Assembly (NCBI GenBank): GCA_903914985.1
Contig: CAIWRE010000238.1
Span: 1 to 34,302, forward strand
Direction: 5' to 3'
Length of the DNA stretch: 34,302 nt
Origin: an uncultured beta proteobacterium
GTDB taxonomy: Bacteria > Pseudomonadota > Gammaproteobacteria > Burkholderiales > Burkholderiaceae_C
Below are positions 1-9,315 of the stretch, piece after piece (position 1 is the stretch's first letter; each line of letters opens with the position of its first letter). A program made the translations under genes and the position numbers. The notes beneath the pieces are model-generated. The model was given only the letters and a program-made list of their open reading frames with translations, ran no database searches and was not told where the DNA came from.

Positions 1-3000
1 CGTGACCTCCCTGGGTGGCGTAGAGGTGACCAACTATGTGTCGTCGGAATTCAACTTTGACGCACAGGACGTGACCCTTGCCGAGTGCGGCATCGACGTG
101 ACCCACGGTGCTGCGTCCTTCTTCTCTAACAACATCACGCTGGACGGCGGCAACATCTCGGTGGCTGACACCGCGGCGCGCCACGTTCGCTACGACCAAG
201 AACTGGACGCCGGCATCACGCTGGTGGCCGACGGCTCTATCGTCATGTTGGGCTACGGGGACACGGGTGGTATCGACATCCTGACTCAGAACTCCGGCAA
301 CGGAGGCTTGATTACCTTGAACGAATCCAACGCCGGCTGGAATGGAACCTTCTACGGCAATGATGTGTATGCCGGCGATGCAGGCATTTATCTGAGCGCG
401 TGGGGCAACATCGCAATCTCGGTGGACGGTCATACCACTGCGGGTGTGACTTTGTCGCAAAACTACATCGGCCAGGGCGAAGATGGGAATGTGTACGTGG
501 ACAACGCACACATTGACTTGCTGGCCGGTGGCGGCATCTCCTTGCTGGAGACCTATGTCGACGTAGTGGAAAGCGGTACTTACACGCTGGTGGACAACGG
601 CATTACCCGTTTTGAGACCGCACAAAGCACGGTGTACGGAGCTAGCGGACTCGATGTTTCCCTGTTGCAAGACCATCTGGCTGCCGGTTACCTCTTGGAC
701 GCGTCTGACGCCCGTATCAGCTTGGATGGGGGTTGGGTTATTGCCGGCTCAGTATCGATTGCGCAGGAAACGATTTCCGGCGACGCTGTGGACCTGTCCA
801 ATGCACACATTGACGTGTTTGGCTTCGGCGTCAGCCTGATCGACAGTTATGAGACGTCTTACTCCGATATCACCGGAACAGATTCCTTTGTGTCGCACCA
901 AAGCTCGCACTGGGATTCCGGCAGCGTTGGTATTGCACAGATCAGTGTCTCGGCTTACGACGGTACTTTAGATGCCTCCAACGCGCAGATCTCTGTGGGC
1001 GGCGTATTTGTCGGAGCGGGTGACGTGGGGGTTGCCCAGTTGTACCTGGAGGGGAGCCAAGGCGTCAATATTTCGGGCGCTCAAGCCACATTGCGCTCTG
1101 AGGTGCGTTTTGATATCGGTTCGGGTGGATGGAACAACGGCCTCACGCTGTACAGCGATGGCGGTGCTGACCACAACACCAGTTGGTCCGATGCGTCCTT
1201 CTGGGCGTCGGACGTCTATATTTACCAAGATGAAGTCACCGCGGGCCATGGTGACATTTATGCAGCAGATGCATCTGCGGTGCGCAATGTTTCTTTCGAG
1301 GGGTCCTACTTCGCGCCCTTGCAGGGCTCGGTGTATGTCGATCAGTACAACCTCACTGCATTCGACGGCGGTGTGACGCTGTCCAACGCCCATGCCAGCG
1401 CATCGGCGTACGAGCAGTCGTTCTGGTTTGGCTACTCGGGCTCTGTCGGCGTGTTCGACGCCTACTCGGCCAACGATACCTCCGTGCACGACTACACGGT
1501 GAACGATGCCTACCACAACCAAACCTACAACCTAACCTCCAGTGAAATTTGGGCCTATGGCTCCGACGTGGCGGTAGACCAGTGGGGTGTCCGTGCCGAG
1601 CGCGGCGACATCATTGCCAACGGTGCTTATGCGGGTCTGACTATTGACCACAGCTACAACAACGGAAACATCCCCTTCGTCTTTGGTGGTGATGTGTCCG
1701 TCGATCAACGCTACATGACCGCCTTGAATGGCGACATCGGCAGCGTGGACCTCAGCAACGCCCATGCCATGCTGTGGAGCCAGGAAAACTTTGCACTGAT
1801 TAACTACACCATCACCAGGGACCTGAGCTACAGCAATGTGTATGTGGAAACCGTGGGGGGTGTGAACTCGGGTAATGTGAACTCGGAGACCTTCGAACAC
1901 ACATCGTCTTTCGATCAAATTAACTTCGGCAGCGTCAATGTGGAGCAGGATTACATCCGCGCCAATGGAAGCATCAATGCCCAGGATGCGGCGGTTGATA
2001 TTCATGTCGGAGGTCTGGTTGCAAGCGACCTGTACATTTCTCAAGACTACATGACCGCAGGCGGCAACGTGAACCTGCAAGGCGCGCACCTGACCGTCTA
2101 TGCAGACAGCAATATCAGCCTGGTCAATTCTGTGGTCTCGGTGTGGGACCACACCGCCTATTCGTCTACGATCTTTGAAGGCCCGGTGAACACCTACGAG
2201 GGCGATATTTATTACGACTACCAAACCAATGTTGGCTCGGCCTATATTGAGCAATACAGCTTGTACGCTGAACTCGGCGATGTGAATATCTCTGATGCCA
2301 AGCTCGCGATGTATGCCGGCAATGAGATATCGGCGGACAGCGTGTGGGTCGAGCAGACCTACGTGACCGCCATCGAAGGCAATATTGAGGCGCGCTCGGC
2401 GTCGGTGAACCTGAGCGTGGGCACCTACGGCGACATCGGTCTCAACGGTGATGTGCACATTCAGCAGTACTCGATCTTTGCGGGCAACGGCCACATCCAT
2501 GCAAGCGGTGCGAACATCTCGCTGTCCGGTGGAGAGAATAGCTACATCTCTGCAGACAATGTGTACGTGTCGCAAAACACCGTTTCTGCAGGGGGTGACA
2601 TTGACCTCTACAACGCACGGGTGTACGCCAGTGCGGGTGACGGCGGTTTTGTGGATGTTCCCGGTGCCGTGTTTGTGCGCCAAAACTACATCTCTTCAGG
2701 CGGCCAGTTGGACGCGTCAGGTGCCCAGGTCAACATCACCGTCGGCAGCGATGCGGACTACGGCTCCGGTGTGTACACCGACGGCGCGTTTGTGACCCAG
2801 CAGCACCTGATCGCCAATGACCGCATGTGGATTGACAACTCCGGCGTGCGGGTGCAGGGTGGCGACGGTGCCGACATCGAAATCGATGGCATGGCATTCC
2901 TCTCGCAAACCGAAAACCAAGTCAACTTTGGTGGTGAGTTGTACGACGCGTACGGCCATGTAACCGTCGCTGCGGGTAATAACTCCGACATCTCGGCGGA

Positions 3001-6000
3001 CGTGGTGTTTATCGATCAAAACCACATGACGGCCGGCTCTGCCAATATCAGTGCGGCCAGCGTGTTGGTTAGCGTGGGCGACAACGCTCAGATCAGCCTG
3101 TTCGGCAACGCGTACATCGAGCAAAACTGGATCAGCGCCTATAACGGCGACATCAGCGCCAGCGATGTGAACGTTATGCTTGCAGCGGGTATCAACAGCG
3201 ACATTTCTGCTGACAATGTGTATGTGACGCAAATGCATATCTCTGCGGCCTACGACATCAGCATGTCTGACGTCCGTGCGGTGGTCAGCGCGGGCGACGG
3301 TGGCTACGTTGATGTGCCTGGTGCAGTCTATGTGCAGCAAAACTACATCTCGGCGGGTGGCGTCTGGGATGCGGGCGGTGCGCAAGCGAATGTTTACGTT
3401 GGCAACGATGACAACAACGGCGCAAGCATCTACACCGATGGTGTTTATGTGTCGCAAACGTACATTACTGCCGATGGCTGGATGAACGTTGACAACGCTG
3501 GTGTGGATGTCGAGGGCGGCAATGGTGCCCGCGTTGAGATCGACGGCAGCGCGTTCCTTGTGCAGCAAAACATTTCTGCCAACGAGTGGTACCAGTCCAA
3601 TGGCGGTCTGTATGACGCCTGGGGCCATGTGACAGTCCGTGGTGGTGATGACGCCTTTGTCACTGCCAACTATGTCGACATTTACCAAAACAACCTGACG
3701 GGCAATTGGGCGGACCTGAGTCATGCCCGCGTTGAGGTCCGTGTGGGTGACAACGCCCAAATTGGTCTGGATGGCGATGCCTATATTGAACAGAGCTGGA
3801 TCAGCGCTTATGACCGGGAGAACGGTGCGGCCCACTTCATCAGCGCAGGCAATGTGGATGTTGCGGTGATTGCCGGTAACGACAGCTCGATTTCCGCCGA
3901 GTACGTGTACGTCTCGCAAACCGATTTCACCGCAGGTGACTTCATCAGCCTGGCGGACGCCCATGTGACGGTCAGTGCGGGTGAAGGTGGCTATATTGAA
4001 GTTCCTGGCTCGATCTCGGTGGAGCAATACCGCATCGACGCACGCAGCTACATTGACGCAAGCGGTGCGCAAGTATTTGTTGCTGTGGGCAATGACAGCG
4101 TGGAAAACGGCGCAAGCATCTACACCGACGGCGCCTATGTGTCCCAGGCTGAAATGTATGCCGCTGGCAGCGACATTGATATTGGCTGGTCTGGTGTGAA
4201 TGTGCAGGGCGGCGACGGTGCGTATGTGGAGCTCGACGGCAGCGCCTTTGTCCTGCAAAGAAACATGTACGCCAATAACGAGCGCAACTCCTTCGGCGGC
4301 GTGCAGGCGGGAGACGCCTATGTAACGGTTGCCGCAGGCAACAATGCTCACCTGACGGCCAATGACGTGTTCATTGAACAACACAACCTGTATGGCGACT
4401 GGGCAGAAGTCAGCGCCGCCAGTGTGTCTGTCAGCGTGCTCGACAACAGCGAGATCGACCTGGACACCGGTGCTTACATTTCCCAGCATCAGCTGCGCGC
4501 CCGCAACGGCGATGTGCAAGGTGAAGACGCAACCATCCGTATCACCGGTGGTACGGATTCGCTGATCACCATTGACAGCGAGTTGGTCCGCAACGATTAC
4601 TCGACGGCTTATGTCTACTGGGCACGCCATGATTACGATGGAGAGTTCCCATGGGCCTCCGGTGACGACAAAGTGGGCTTCACCGCCTCGAGTGACACCA
4701 ACGCCCGTTATGACGGTGCCAATGTGGTCATCGACCAGCAATACATTTCTGCTGCCTACGGCGTGGACTTGACAGGGGCTGCCATCGTGATTGGTGTGGA
4801 TGGCATTACGCCCAACACGCCTTCCTTGCCTGTCAACCTGGATATCGAGTTGGATCATGTGGCGGTAACGATTTCGCAGAGCTCCATCCGTGCTGGCGAC
4901 TGGGACGTTGACTTGAGTGCTGCGCACGTGAACCTGCAGGCCGGCGACCTGAGCCGGATTGCGGTCACCCCGCAAACAACCCAGGACGGTATCAACCACT
5001 ACATTTCGTACAGCGACTGGTGGGGTGTCAGTAACGGTGGGTACGACACCTACTACACCTACGAGACCAACCGCACGATAGAGAACACCCATGCGGAATC
5101 CAACAACATCGGTGTGTTCCAGTTCGATAACCATGCAGACAACAGCGTCTTGGCAAACGATGTTGCGGTACGTATCGCTGCAGGCGATGACAGCTACATC
5201 ACACTCGATGCCACTTCTGTGCTGGTGGACCAAGCCCGTCTGTACGCAGCAACGGGTGATGTGAATGCCACGGCAGCAAGCGTGACGATTGCCATTGGCA
5301 ATGACAGTGAACTGCGTATGACGCCTGAGCGTGACGGCGCTTCGTATGCCAATGAGCTGTACACCGTGAGTGAGTGGGTTGATTGGAGCCATTGGCATGA
5401 CTTCACCCACCGCTACACCGAAAACGGTACTTCATGGGAGAACAGCTACGGTGACGTGGCGGTCTGGCAAAACCATTTGACTGCGGATGACTCGGTCAAT
5501 GTGGATGGCGCCAACGTGCAAATCTCGGGCGGTGACGGTGCGGACATCAGTCTGGTGGGAATCTCCGTGGATGTGCAGCAGGCTTACCTGTCCGCAGACT
5601 ACGGCGATGTCAGCGCCCGCAATGCGGTGGTCAATATCAACGCCGGCAACGACAGCGGCGTGACCTTGGTCGCGGCCTGGGAGTTGAACTTCTCGATGAG
5701 CTCCGACTACCACTGGTACCAGAATAGTGACAACGGGTATGGTGATTTCAGCGGAACCGGGAATATTTCGCGCTGGTACAGCGAACAGGTGTTCGACGTC
5801 AAGGTCGATCAAAATTACCTGAGTGCTCAGGACGGCAATGTGTACGCCGATGGCGCTGCGGTTGAATTCAGCGTGGGTGACAACGCGCAGATCTCGCTGC
5901 ATGGCGCAGACATTTATGTCGAGCAGTACGCCCTGCATGCCGATGGCGGCGATGTGGATGTCAGCAACAGCCGGGTTGAAATGACCGGCGGTGCCAACAG

Positions 6001-8296
6001 TCGCATTCAGGTGGAGCGGGCGGAAGAGACTTTGTACGAGCAACACGAGAACGGCTGGTTCGAGGACTGGACGCCTGAATCCTATGTCTACTCGAACACC
6101 TATGCGGGTGACATTTCGGTCCACCAGTCGTACATCTACGCCCAGGAAGCCTTGAGCGGCAATGCGAACGAAGTGACCACCGGTGGTACTGCGTACCTGA
6201 ACAACGTGTCGGTGCACCTGTCGGTGGGCGACGCCAACCAGTGGGGCTCCTGGATTTCTGCGCACGACGTCCTCGTCTCACAAACCGGTGTCACAGCGGA
6301 TGAAAATCTGTATGCGGTCAACGCGGCTGTGAGCATTGTTGCGGGTAGCGATGCCTTTGTAACGGTGCACAACGCCGATGTCCTCCAGTACAACATGACT
6401 GCGGGTGATGTGTTGCGTTCCAAGTTGGTAGGCGACTACTTCAGCGGCAACCTGACCAATGACAACGGCAACTCTGATCTGGGCGTGGACTACTGGGGTA
6501 CCTTGGACCTGTCGGGTGCCCATGTGAACCTGGCAGCTGGTAACAACATCAGTGCCCACGAGGTCATCGTGGAACAGGGCTACATGACGGCAGGTGAGAC
6601 TGTGGATCTGTCCTCTGCGGCGATCGACGTCTCCGGTCGCGATGTGTCCCTGGACCAGGTGGTGATTTCGCAATACAACGTCAGCGCAGGCGGCGTGCAG
6701 TACTACTTCGACGACACGGGTATCGAAGGCTACTCGCGCTACCAACTGGACCAGCTGAACACCTTGACGGTGGTGGACCCCTTGGAGTTCATTCCTACGA
6801 CCATCCTGGGTCTGGTGGACCTGGCGGACGTGAGCATCGATATCACAGCCGACTGGAACTTCCGCAGTGATGTGGTGGCGATTGAGCGCAACTACATCGA
6901 GTCCGGCAAGTTGGTTGACATGCAAAACAACCGCATTGACATCTCCGCAGCGGATATGACGATCGGCGATGTGCACAACTGGCTGGGTGTGGATGGTTAC
7001 TATGCCGGCCCCAACTACGATAACAACGTAGCTGGCGTGAGCGCAGCGACCTTCGACTTCAATGACAACGCGATCTGGTTGTCTGCGTGGGATGGTGACA
7101 TTCATGTCAACAACTATGTGGAAGAGTACCGCTACGTGACGGGCTCGGTGATTCAGTCCGACGATAACTACGTGGGTCTGACTGCCTGGGGCGACATCTA
7201 TGTGGGATCGTCGGTCGGTATCGGTAACGAGGTGGTAGCACCAACTTACAACGTGCCGGTTGAAGTCAATATGAACAGTGGCGCGGTGGACATTGTTGCC
7301 CGTGGCGATGTGGATGTGAATGACGTGTACATCGGTGTGTACGCCGGTAACGGCACCACGCTGGACCTGTCGATGAACGACAACCGCATCTACATCTCTG
7401 CAGACAGTGTGTATGGCGGCGACCTCTACAACGTGGACGTTGGCGCGCAACTGGCTGCTGGCAGCTCGGTCAACCACAATTCGGTGGAGGTGTACGCCGA
7501 TACGCTGTCCGGTTACATGGAGTTCAGCAACGTTTACCTGTCGGGTACCGATGCGTCGGCCACCTTCTGGGGCAATGACATTTCAATCGGGTCTATGGCG
7601 GTGGAGAACAGGTTCGACAGCCAAATCAGCTTCGGTGCAGAGTACCTGACCTTGTTCGCGGATTCCGCAATGAACATTGATTTGATCGATTTGTCCAGCC
7701 AGGATGTCGGCAGCTACAACTACCCGTCGAAAGACAACTGGTGGTGGGCAGAGGCCACGATCGGTTCGAATTCGACGTTGATCGTTGACCAACTCAAGCT
7801 TGACGGTGCACAGGCCTTCCTGGAGTTCAATGTGGACAGCGGTTCACAGGTTCACTACGATATTTCGGTGGATCAACTCGGTATCGGTCAAAACAACGGT
7901 GACTTGGCTTATCGGAATCATGGCGGAAGTGCGATGAAGGAATTCGCTTATGACTCCATGACCCATGACTACTCGGAGCAGTTCGACTTGATCGATCTGA
8001 GCGACTTGGGTATCACCAGTGTTGATCAGATTACTGGAAGCGTGACCCTGGGCAGTGGATTTGCCACCGGTCTGGTGCAAAACATCCACTTCGAGCTGAT
8101 CACGCCCACCGGAATCGAGCTGGGCGCCGGCAGCACCGTGGTGTTTGACTTGCAGAACGTGCGTCTGGAGAGCAATGCTCGCCATGATTACTACTCGGAA
8201 ACCGGTCAAGGCAACAACGGCAGCGTGGATGCCACCGACGTCTGGTACGCGTTCTGGAACTACTCGCTGCACTTGTCACCGGCAGGCATCCCTTAA
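1..8296 (+). CDS. Giant repetitive acidic secreted protein (putative beta-solenoid adhesin/surface protein, likely T1SS substrate); 5' end probably outside window
   Basis: Uninterrupted frame from position 2 to TAA 8294-8296 (2764 aa). It has ~35-40 aa repeats (VxVxQxxIxAxxGxIxxSxAxVxVxAGxxSxIx) and is rich in D/N/S/G/V/Y with very few K. The C-terminal FDLIDLSDLG (7982-8011) resembles T1SS C-terminal target motifs. It lies directly upstream of T1SS genes. The GTG at 2 sits at the window edge and is probably not the true start. Confidence 0.85.
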   Translation, partial: VTSLGGVEVTNYVSSEFNFDAQDVTLAECGIDVTHGAASFFSNNITLDGGNISVADTAARHVRYDQELDAGITLVADGSIVMLGYGDTGGIDILTQNSGNGGLITLNESNAGWNGTFYGNDVYAGDAGIYLSAWGNIAISVDGHTTAGVTLSQNYIGQGEDGNVYVDNAHIDLLAGGGISLLETYVDVVESGTYTLVDNGITRFETAQSTVYGASGLDVSLLQDHLAAGYLLDASDARISLDGGWVIAGSVSIAQETISGDAVDLSNAHIDVFGFGVSLIDSYETSYSDITGTDSFVSHQSSHWDSGSVGIAQISVSAYDGTLDASNAQISVGGVFVGAGDVGVAQLYLEGSQGVNISGAQATLRSEVRFDIGSGGWNNGLTLYSDGGADHNTSWSDASFWASDVYIYQDEVTAGHGDIYAADASAVRNVSFEGSYFAPLQGSVYVDQYNLTAFDGGVTLSNAHASASAYEQSFWFGYSGSVGVFDAYSANDTSVHDYTVNDAYHNQTYNLTSSEIWAYGSDVAVDQWGVRAERGDIIANGAYAGLTIDHSYNNGNIPFVFGGDVSVDQRYMTALNGDIGSVDLSNAHAMLWSQENFALINYTITRDLSYSNVYVETVGGVNSGNVNSETFEHTSSFDQINFGSVNVEQDYIRANGSINAQDAAVDIHVGGLVASDLYISQDYMTAGGNVNLQGAHLTVYADSNISLVNSVVSVWDHTAYSSTIFEGPVNTYEGDIYYDYQTNVGSAYIEQYSLYAELGDVNISDAKLAMYAGNEISADSVWVEQTYVTAIEGNIEARSASVNLSVGTYGDIGLNGDVHIQQYSIFAGNGHIHASGANISLSGGENSYISADNVYVSQNTVSAGGDIDLYNARVYASAGDGGFVDVPGAVFVRQNYISSGGQLDASGAQVNITVGSDADYGSGVYTDGAFVTQQHLIANDRMWIDNSGVRVQGGDGADIEIDGMAFLSQTENQVNFGGELYDAYGHVTVAAGNNSDISADVVFIDQNHMTAGSANISAASVLVSVGDNAQISLFGNAYIEQNWISAYNGDISASDVNVMLAAGINSDISADNVYVTQMHISAAYDISMSDVRAVVSAGDGGYVDVPGAVYVQQNYISAGGVWDAGGAQANVYVGNDDNNGASIYTDGVYVSQTYITADGWMNVDNAGVDVEGGNGARVEIDGSAFLVQQNISANEWYQSNGGLYDAWGHVTVRGGDDAFVTANYVDIYQNNLTGNWADLSHARVEVRVGDNAQIGLDGDAYIEQSWISAYDRENGAAHFISAGNVDVAVIAGNDSSISAEYVYVSQTDFTAGDFISLADAHVTVSAGEGGYIEVPGSISVEQYRIDARSYIDASGAQVFVAVGNDSVENGASIYTDGAYVSQAEMYAAGSDIDIGWSGVNVQGGDGAYVELDGSAFVLQRNMYANNERNSFGGVQAGDAYVTVAAGNNAHLTANDVFIEQHNLYGDWAEVSAASVSVSVLDNSEIDLDTGAYISQHQLRARNGDVQGEDATIRITGGTDSLITIDSELVRNDYSTAYVYWARHDYDGEFPWASGDDKVGFTASSDTNARYDGANVVIDQQYISAAYGVDLTGAAIVIGVDGITPNTPSLPVNLDIELDHVAVTISQSSIRAGDWDVDLSAAHVNLQAGDLSRIAVTPQTTQDGINHYISYSDWWGVSNGGYDTYYTYETNRTIENTHAESNNIGVFQFDNHADNSVLANDVAVRIAAGDDSYITLDATSVLVDQARLYAATGDVNATAASVTIAIGNDSELRMTPERDGASYANELYTVSEWVDWSHWHDFTHRYTENGTSWENSYGDVAVWQNHLTADDSVNVDGANVQISGGDGADISLVGISVDVQQAYLSADYGDVSARNAVVNINAGNDSGVTLVAAWELNFSMSSDYHWYQNSDNGYGDFSGTGNISRWYSEQVFDVKVDQNYLSAQDGNVYADGAAVEFSVGDNAQISLHGADIYVEQYALHADGGDVDVSNSRVEMTGGANSRIQVERAEETLYEQHENGWFEDWTPESYVYSNTYAGDISVHQSYIYAQEALSGNANEVTTGGTAYLNNVSVHLSVGDANQWGSWISAHDVLVSQTGVTADENLYAVNAAVSIVAGSDAFVTVHNADVLQYNMTAGDVLRSKLVGDYFSGNLTNDNGNSDLGVDYWGTLDLSGAHVNLAAGNNISAHEVIVEQGYMTAGETVDLSSAAIDVSGRDVSLDQVVISQYNVSAGGVQYYFDDTGIEGYSRYQLDQLNTLTVVDPLEFIPTTILGLVDLADVSIDITADWNFRSDVVAIERNYIESGKLVDMQNNRIDISAADMTIGDVHNWLGVDGYYAGPNYDNNVAGVSAATFDFNDNAIWLSAWDGDIHVNNYVEEYRYVTGSVIQSDDNYVGLTAWGDIYVGSSVGIGNEVVAPTYNVPVEVNMNSGAVDIVARGDVDVNDVYIGVYAGNGTTLDLSMNDNRIYISADSVYGGDLYNVDVGAQLAAGSSVNHNSVEVYADTLSGYMEFSNVYLSGTDASATFWGNDISIGSMAVENRFDSQISFGAEYLTLFADSAMNIDLIDLSSQDVGSYNYPSKDNWWWAEATIGSNSTLIVDQLKLDGAQAFLEFNVDSGSQVHYDISVDQLGIGQNNGDLAYRNHGGSAMKEFAYDSMTHDYSEQFDLIDLSDLGITSVDQITGSVTLGSGFATGLVQNIHFELITPTGIELGAGSTVVFDLQNVRLESNARHDYYSETGQGNNGSVDATDVWYAFWNYSLHLSPAGIP
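2450..4570 (+). repeat. Intragenic higher-order repeat: three copies of a ~220-230 aa unit, each made of six ~36-aa coils
   Basis: Marker (D/E)VPG at 2654, 3311 and 3998 (spacing 657 and 687 nt). The YTDG, GG(D/N)GA and (G/L)DN(A/S)xI motifs recur in the same order. An identical 23-mer aacggcgcaagcatctacaccga lies at 3416 and 4106. Confidence 0.85.
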
Positions 8297-9315
8297 TGCG
8301 CATATTGGTATCCCTGCTCGGGGCACAGGGCGACGCGGTCGCCCGTGCCACGGCGCTGGGGAAGTTGCTGACGGCACGCGGCCACAGCCTGACGTTTTTG
8401 GGGGATTTCCCCGAAAACGCTTTGCAAGAGATCACGGCGCTCCCGGCGCAGGCACTCAAACAGGTAACGGACCAACAGTTCGACGCCTTGCTGGTGGCTG
8501 CTTTGGGTGGGCCGGATCGACTCGCGGCGATTGCCCGGCGGCTTCCTACACTGGTGTGGGTGCAAGAGAGCTTTTTGGACCTGATGGCGCTCAAAGGCGA
8601 CTTTGTCCATTGGGTGACCTTGTTCCGCCTGGCCCGGCGCATCGTGTTCATGACCGAACGTCAAAAGGACAAAACGTTTGCGTCCTTTACCGCGGGTCTG
8701 GACGACAAAATTGTGGCCATGGCCAGTGGCGCGCCTGCCGATATTGCCAAGCTGCGCGTGCCCACGGAAAAAGAGCATTTGGGTGTGGTCATGCACGCCC
8801 CGGTGCTGCCGAACAAGCGCCAGCAAGATCTGATCGCGGCCGGTGAGCGGCTGCGTGATTACAACCTGAGCTTCACCTTCATCGGTGAGAAACAGGGCTT
8901 GGCCGGCATGCCTGAGGGGATGCGCAAAATTATCGAGCGCCACCCGGACCGCTACAACTTTGTGGGCTACCAGACTGCGTCGCAGACGCGTGCTTTGCTG
9001 GCCAAGAACGAGTTGTATGTGCATACCTCGTCCGACGAAGCCTGGCCGCAGTCGGTGATCGATGCCGCCGCCATGGGCTTGCCTTTGATGCTCAGTGAGA
9101 TCGAGGCTTTTTCGAAGTTGTGGGTGCACGGGGTGAATTGCCTGAAGTTCCCCATCAACAACCCTGACTTTCTGGCGTCCAGTCTGCGCATGGTGTTGCA
9201 GGACGACGTGCTGCGAAACAATCTTTCGGTGCAGGCGGCAAATACCGCCAAGCGCTTTTCAGAGCAACGCTTTTACGGCGCCATGCTGCAAATGGTAGAG
9301 GGTCTGAAACCGTGA
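8296..9315 (+). CDS. GT-B fold glycosyltransferase (GT4 / Glycos_transf_1-like)
   Basis: 339 aa. N-terminal MRILVSL..., PNKRQQDLIAA and C-terminal YVHTSSDEAWPQSVIDAAAMGLP (variant EX7E motif, here E...D). TAATG overlap with the giant gene. Confidence 0.8.
   Translation: MRILVSLLGAQGDAVARATALGKLLTARGHSLTFLGDFPENALQEITALPAQALKQVTDQQFDALLVAALGGPDRLAAIARRLPTLVWVQESFLDLMALKGDFVHWVTLFRLARRIVFMTERQKDKTFASFTAGLDDKIVAMASGAPADIAKLRVPTEKEHLGVVMHAPVLPNKRQQDLIAAGERLRDYNLSFTFIGEKQGLAGMPEGMRKIIERHPDRYNFVGYQTASQTRALLAKNELYVHTSSDEAWPQSVIDAAAMGLPLMLSEIEAFSKLWVHGVNCLKFPINNPDFLASSLRMVLQDDVLRNNLSVQAANTAKRFSEQRFYGAMLQMVEGLKP

Noticed and set aside
2858-5550. GGDGAD motifs (2858, 5528) as RTX calcium-binding nonapeptides
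   Set aside because: Isolated, not tandem, lacking the hydrophobic residue at position 8, and located at the turn of the 36-aa coil.
968-8272. Long minus-strand ORFs over the giant gene (e.g. 2717..5410, 897 aa; 1532..2683; 6278..7477)
   Set aside because: Antisense shadows in register with the biased codons of the real gene; V/H/R/D-rich translations with no motifs.
2-8296. Diversity-generating retroelement target suggested by variable Tyr/Asn-rich loops
   Set aside because: No reverse transcriptase and no near-identical TR/VR pair differing at adenines seen in the window.
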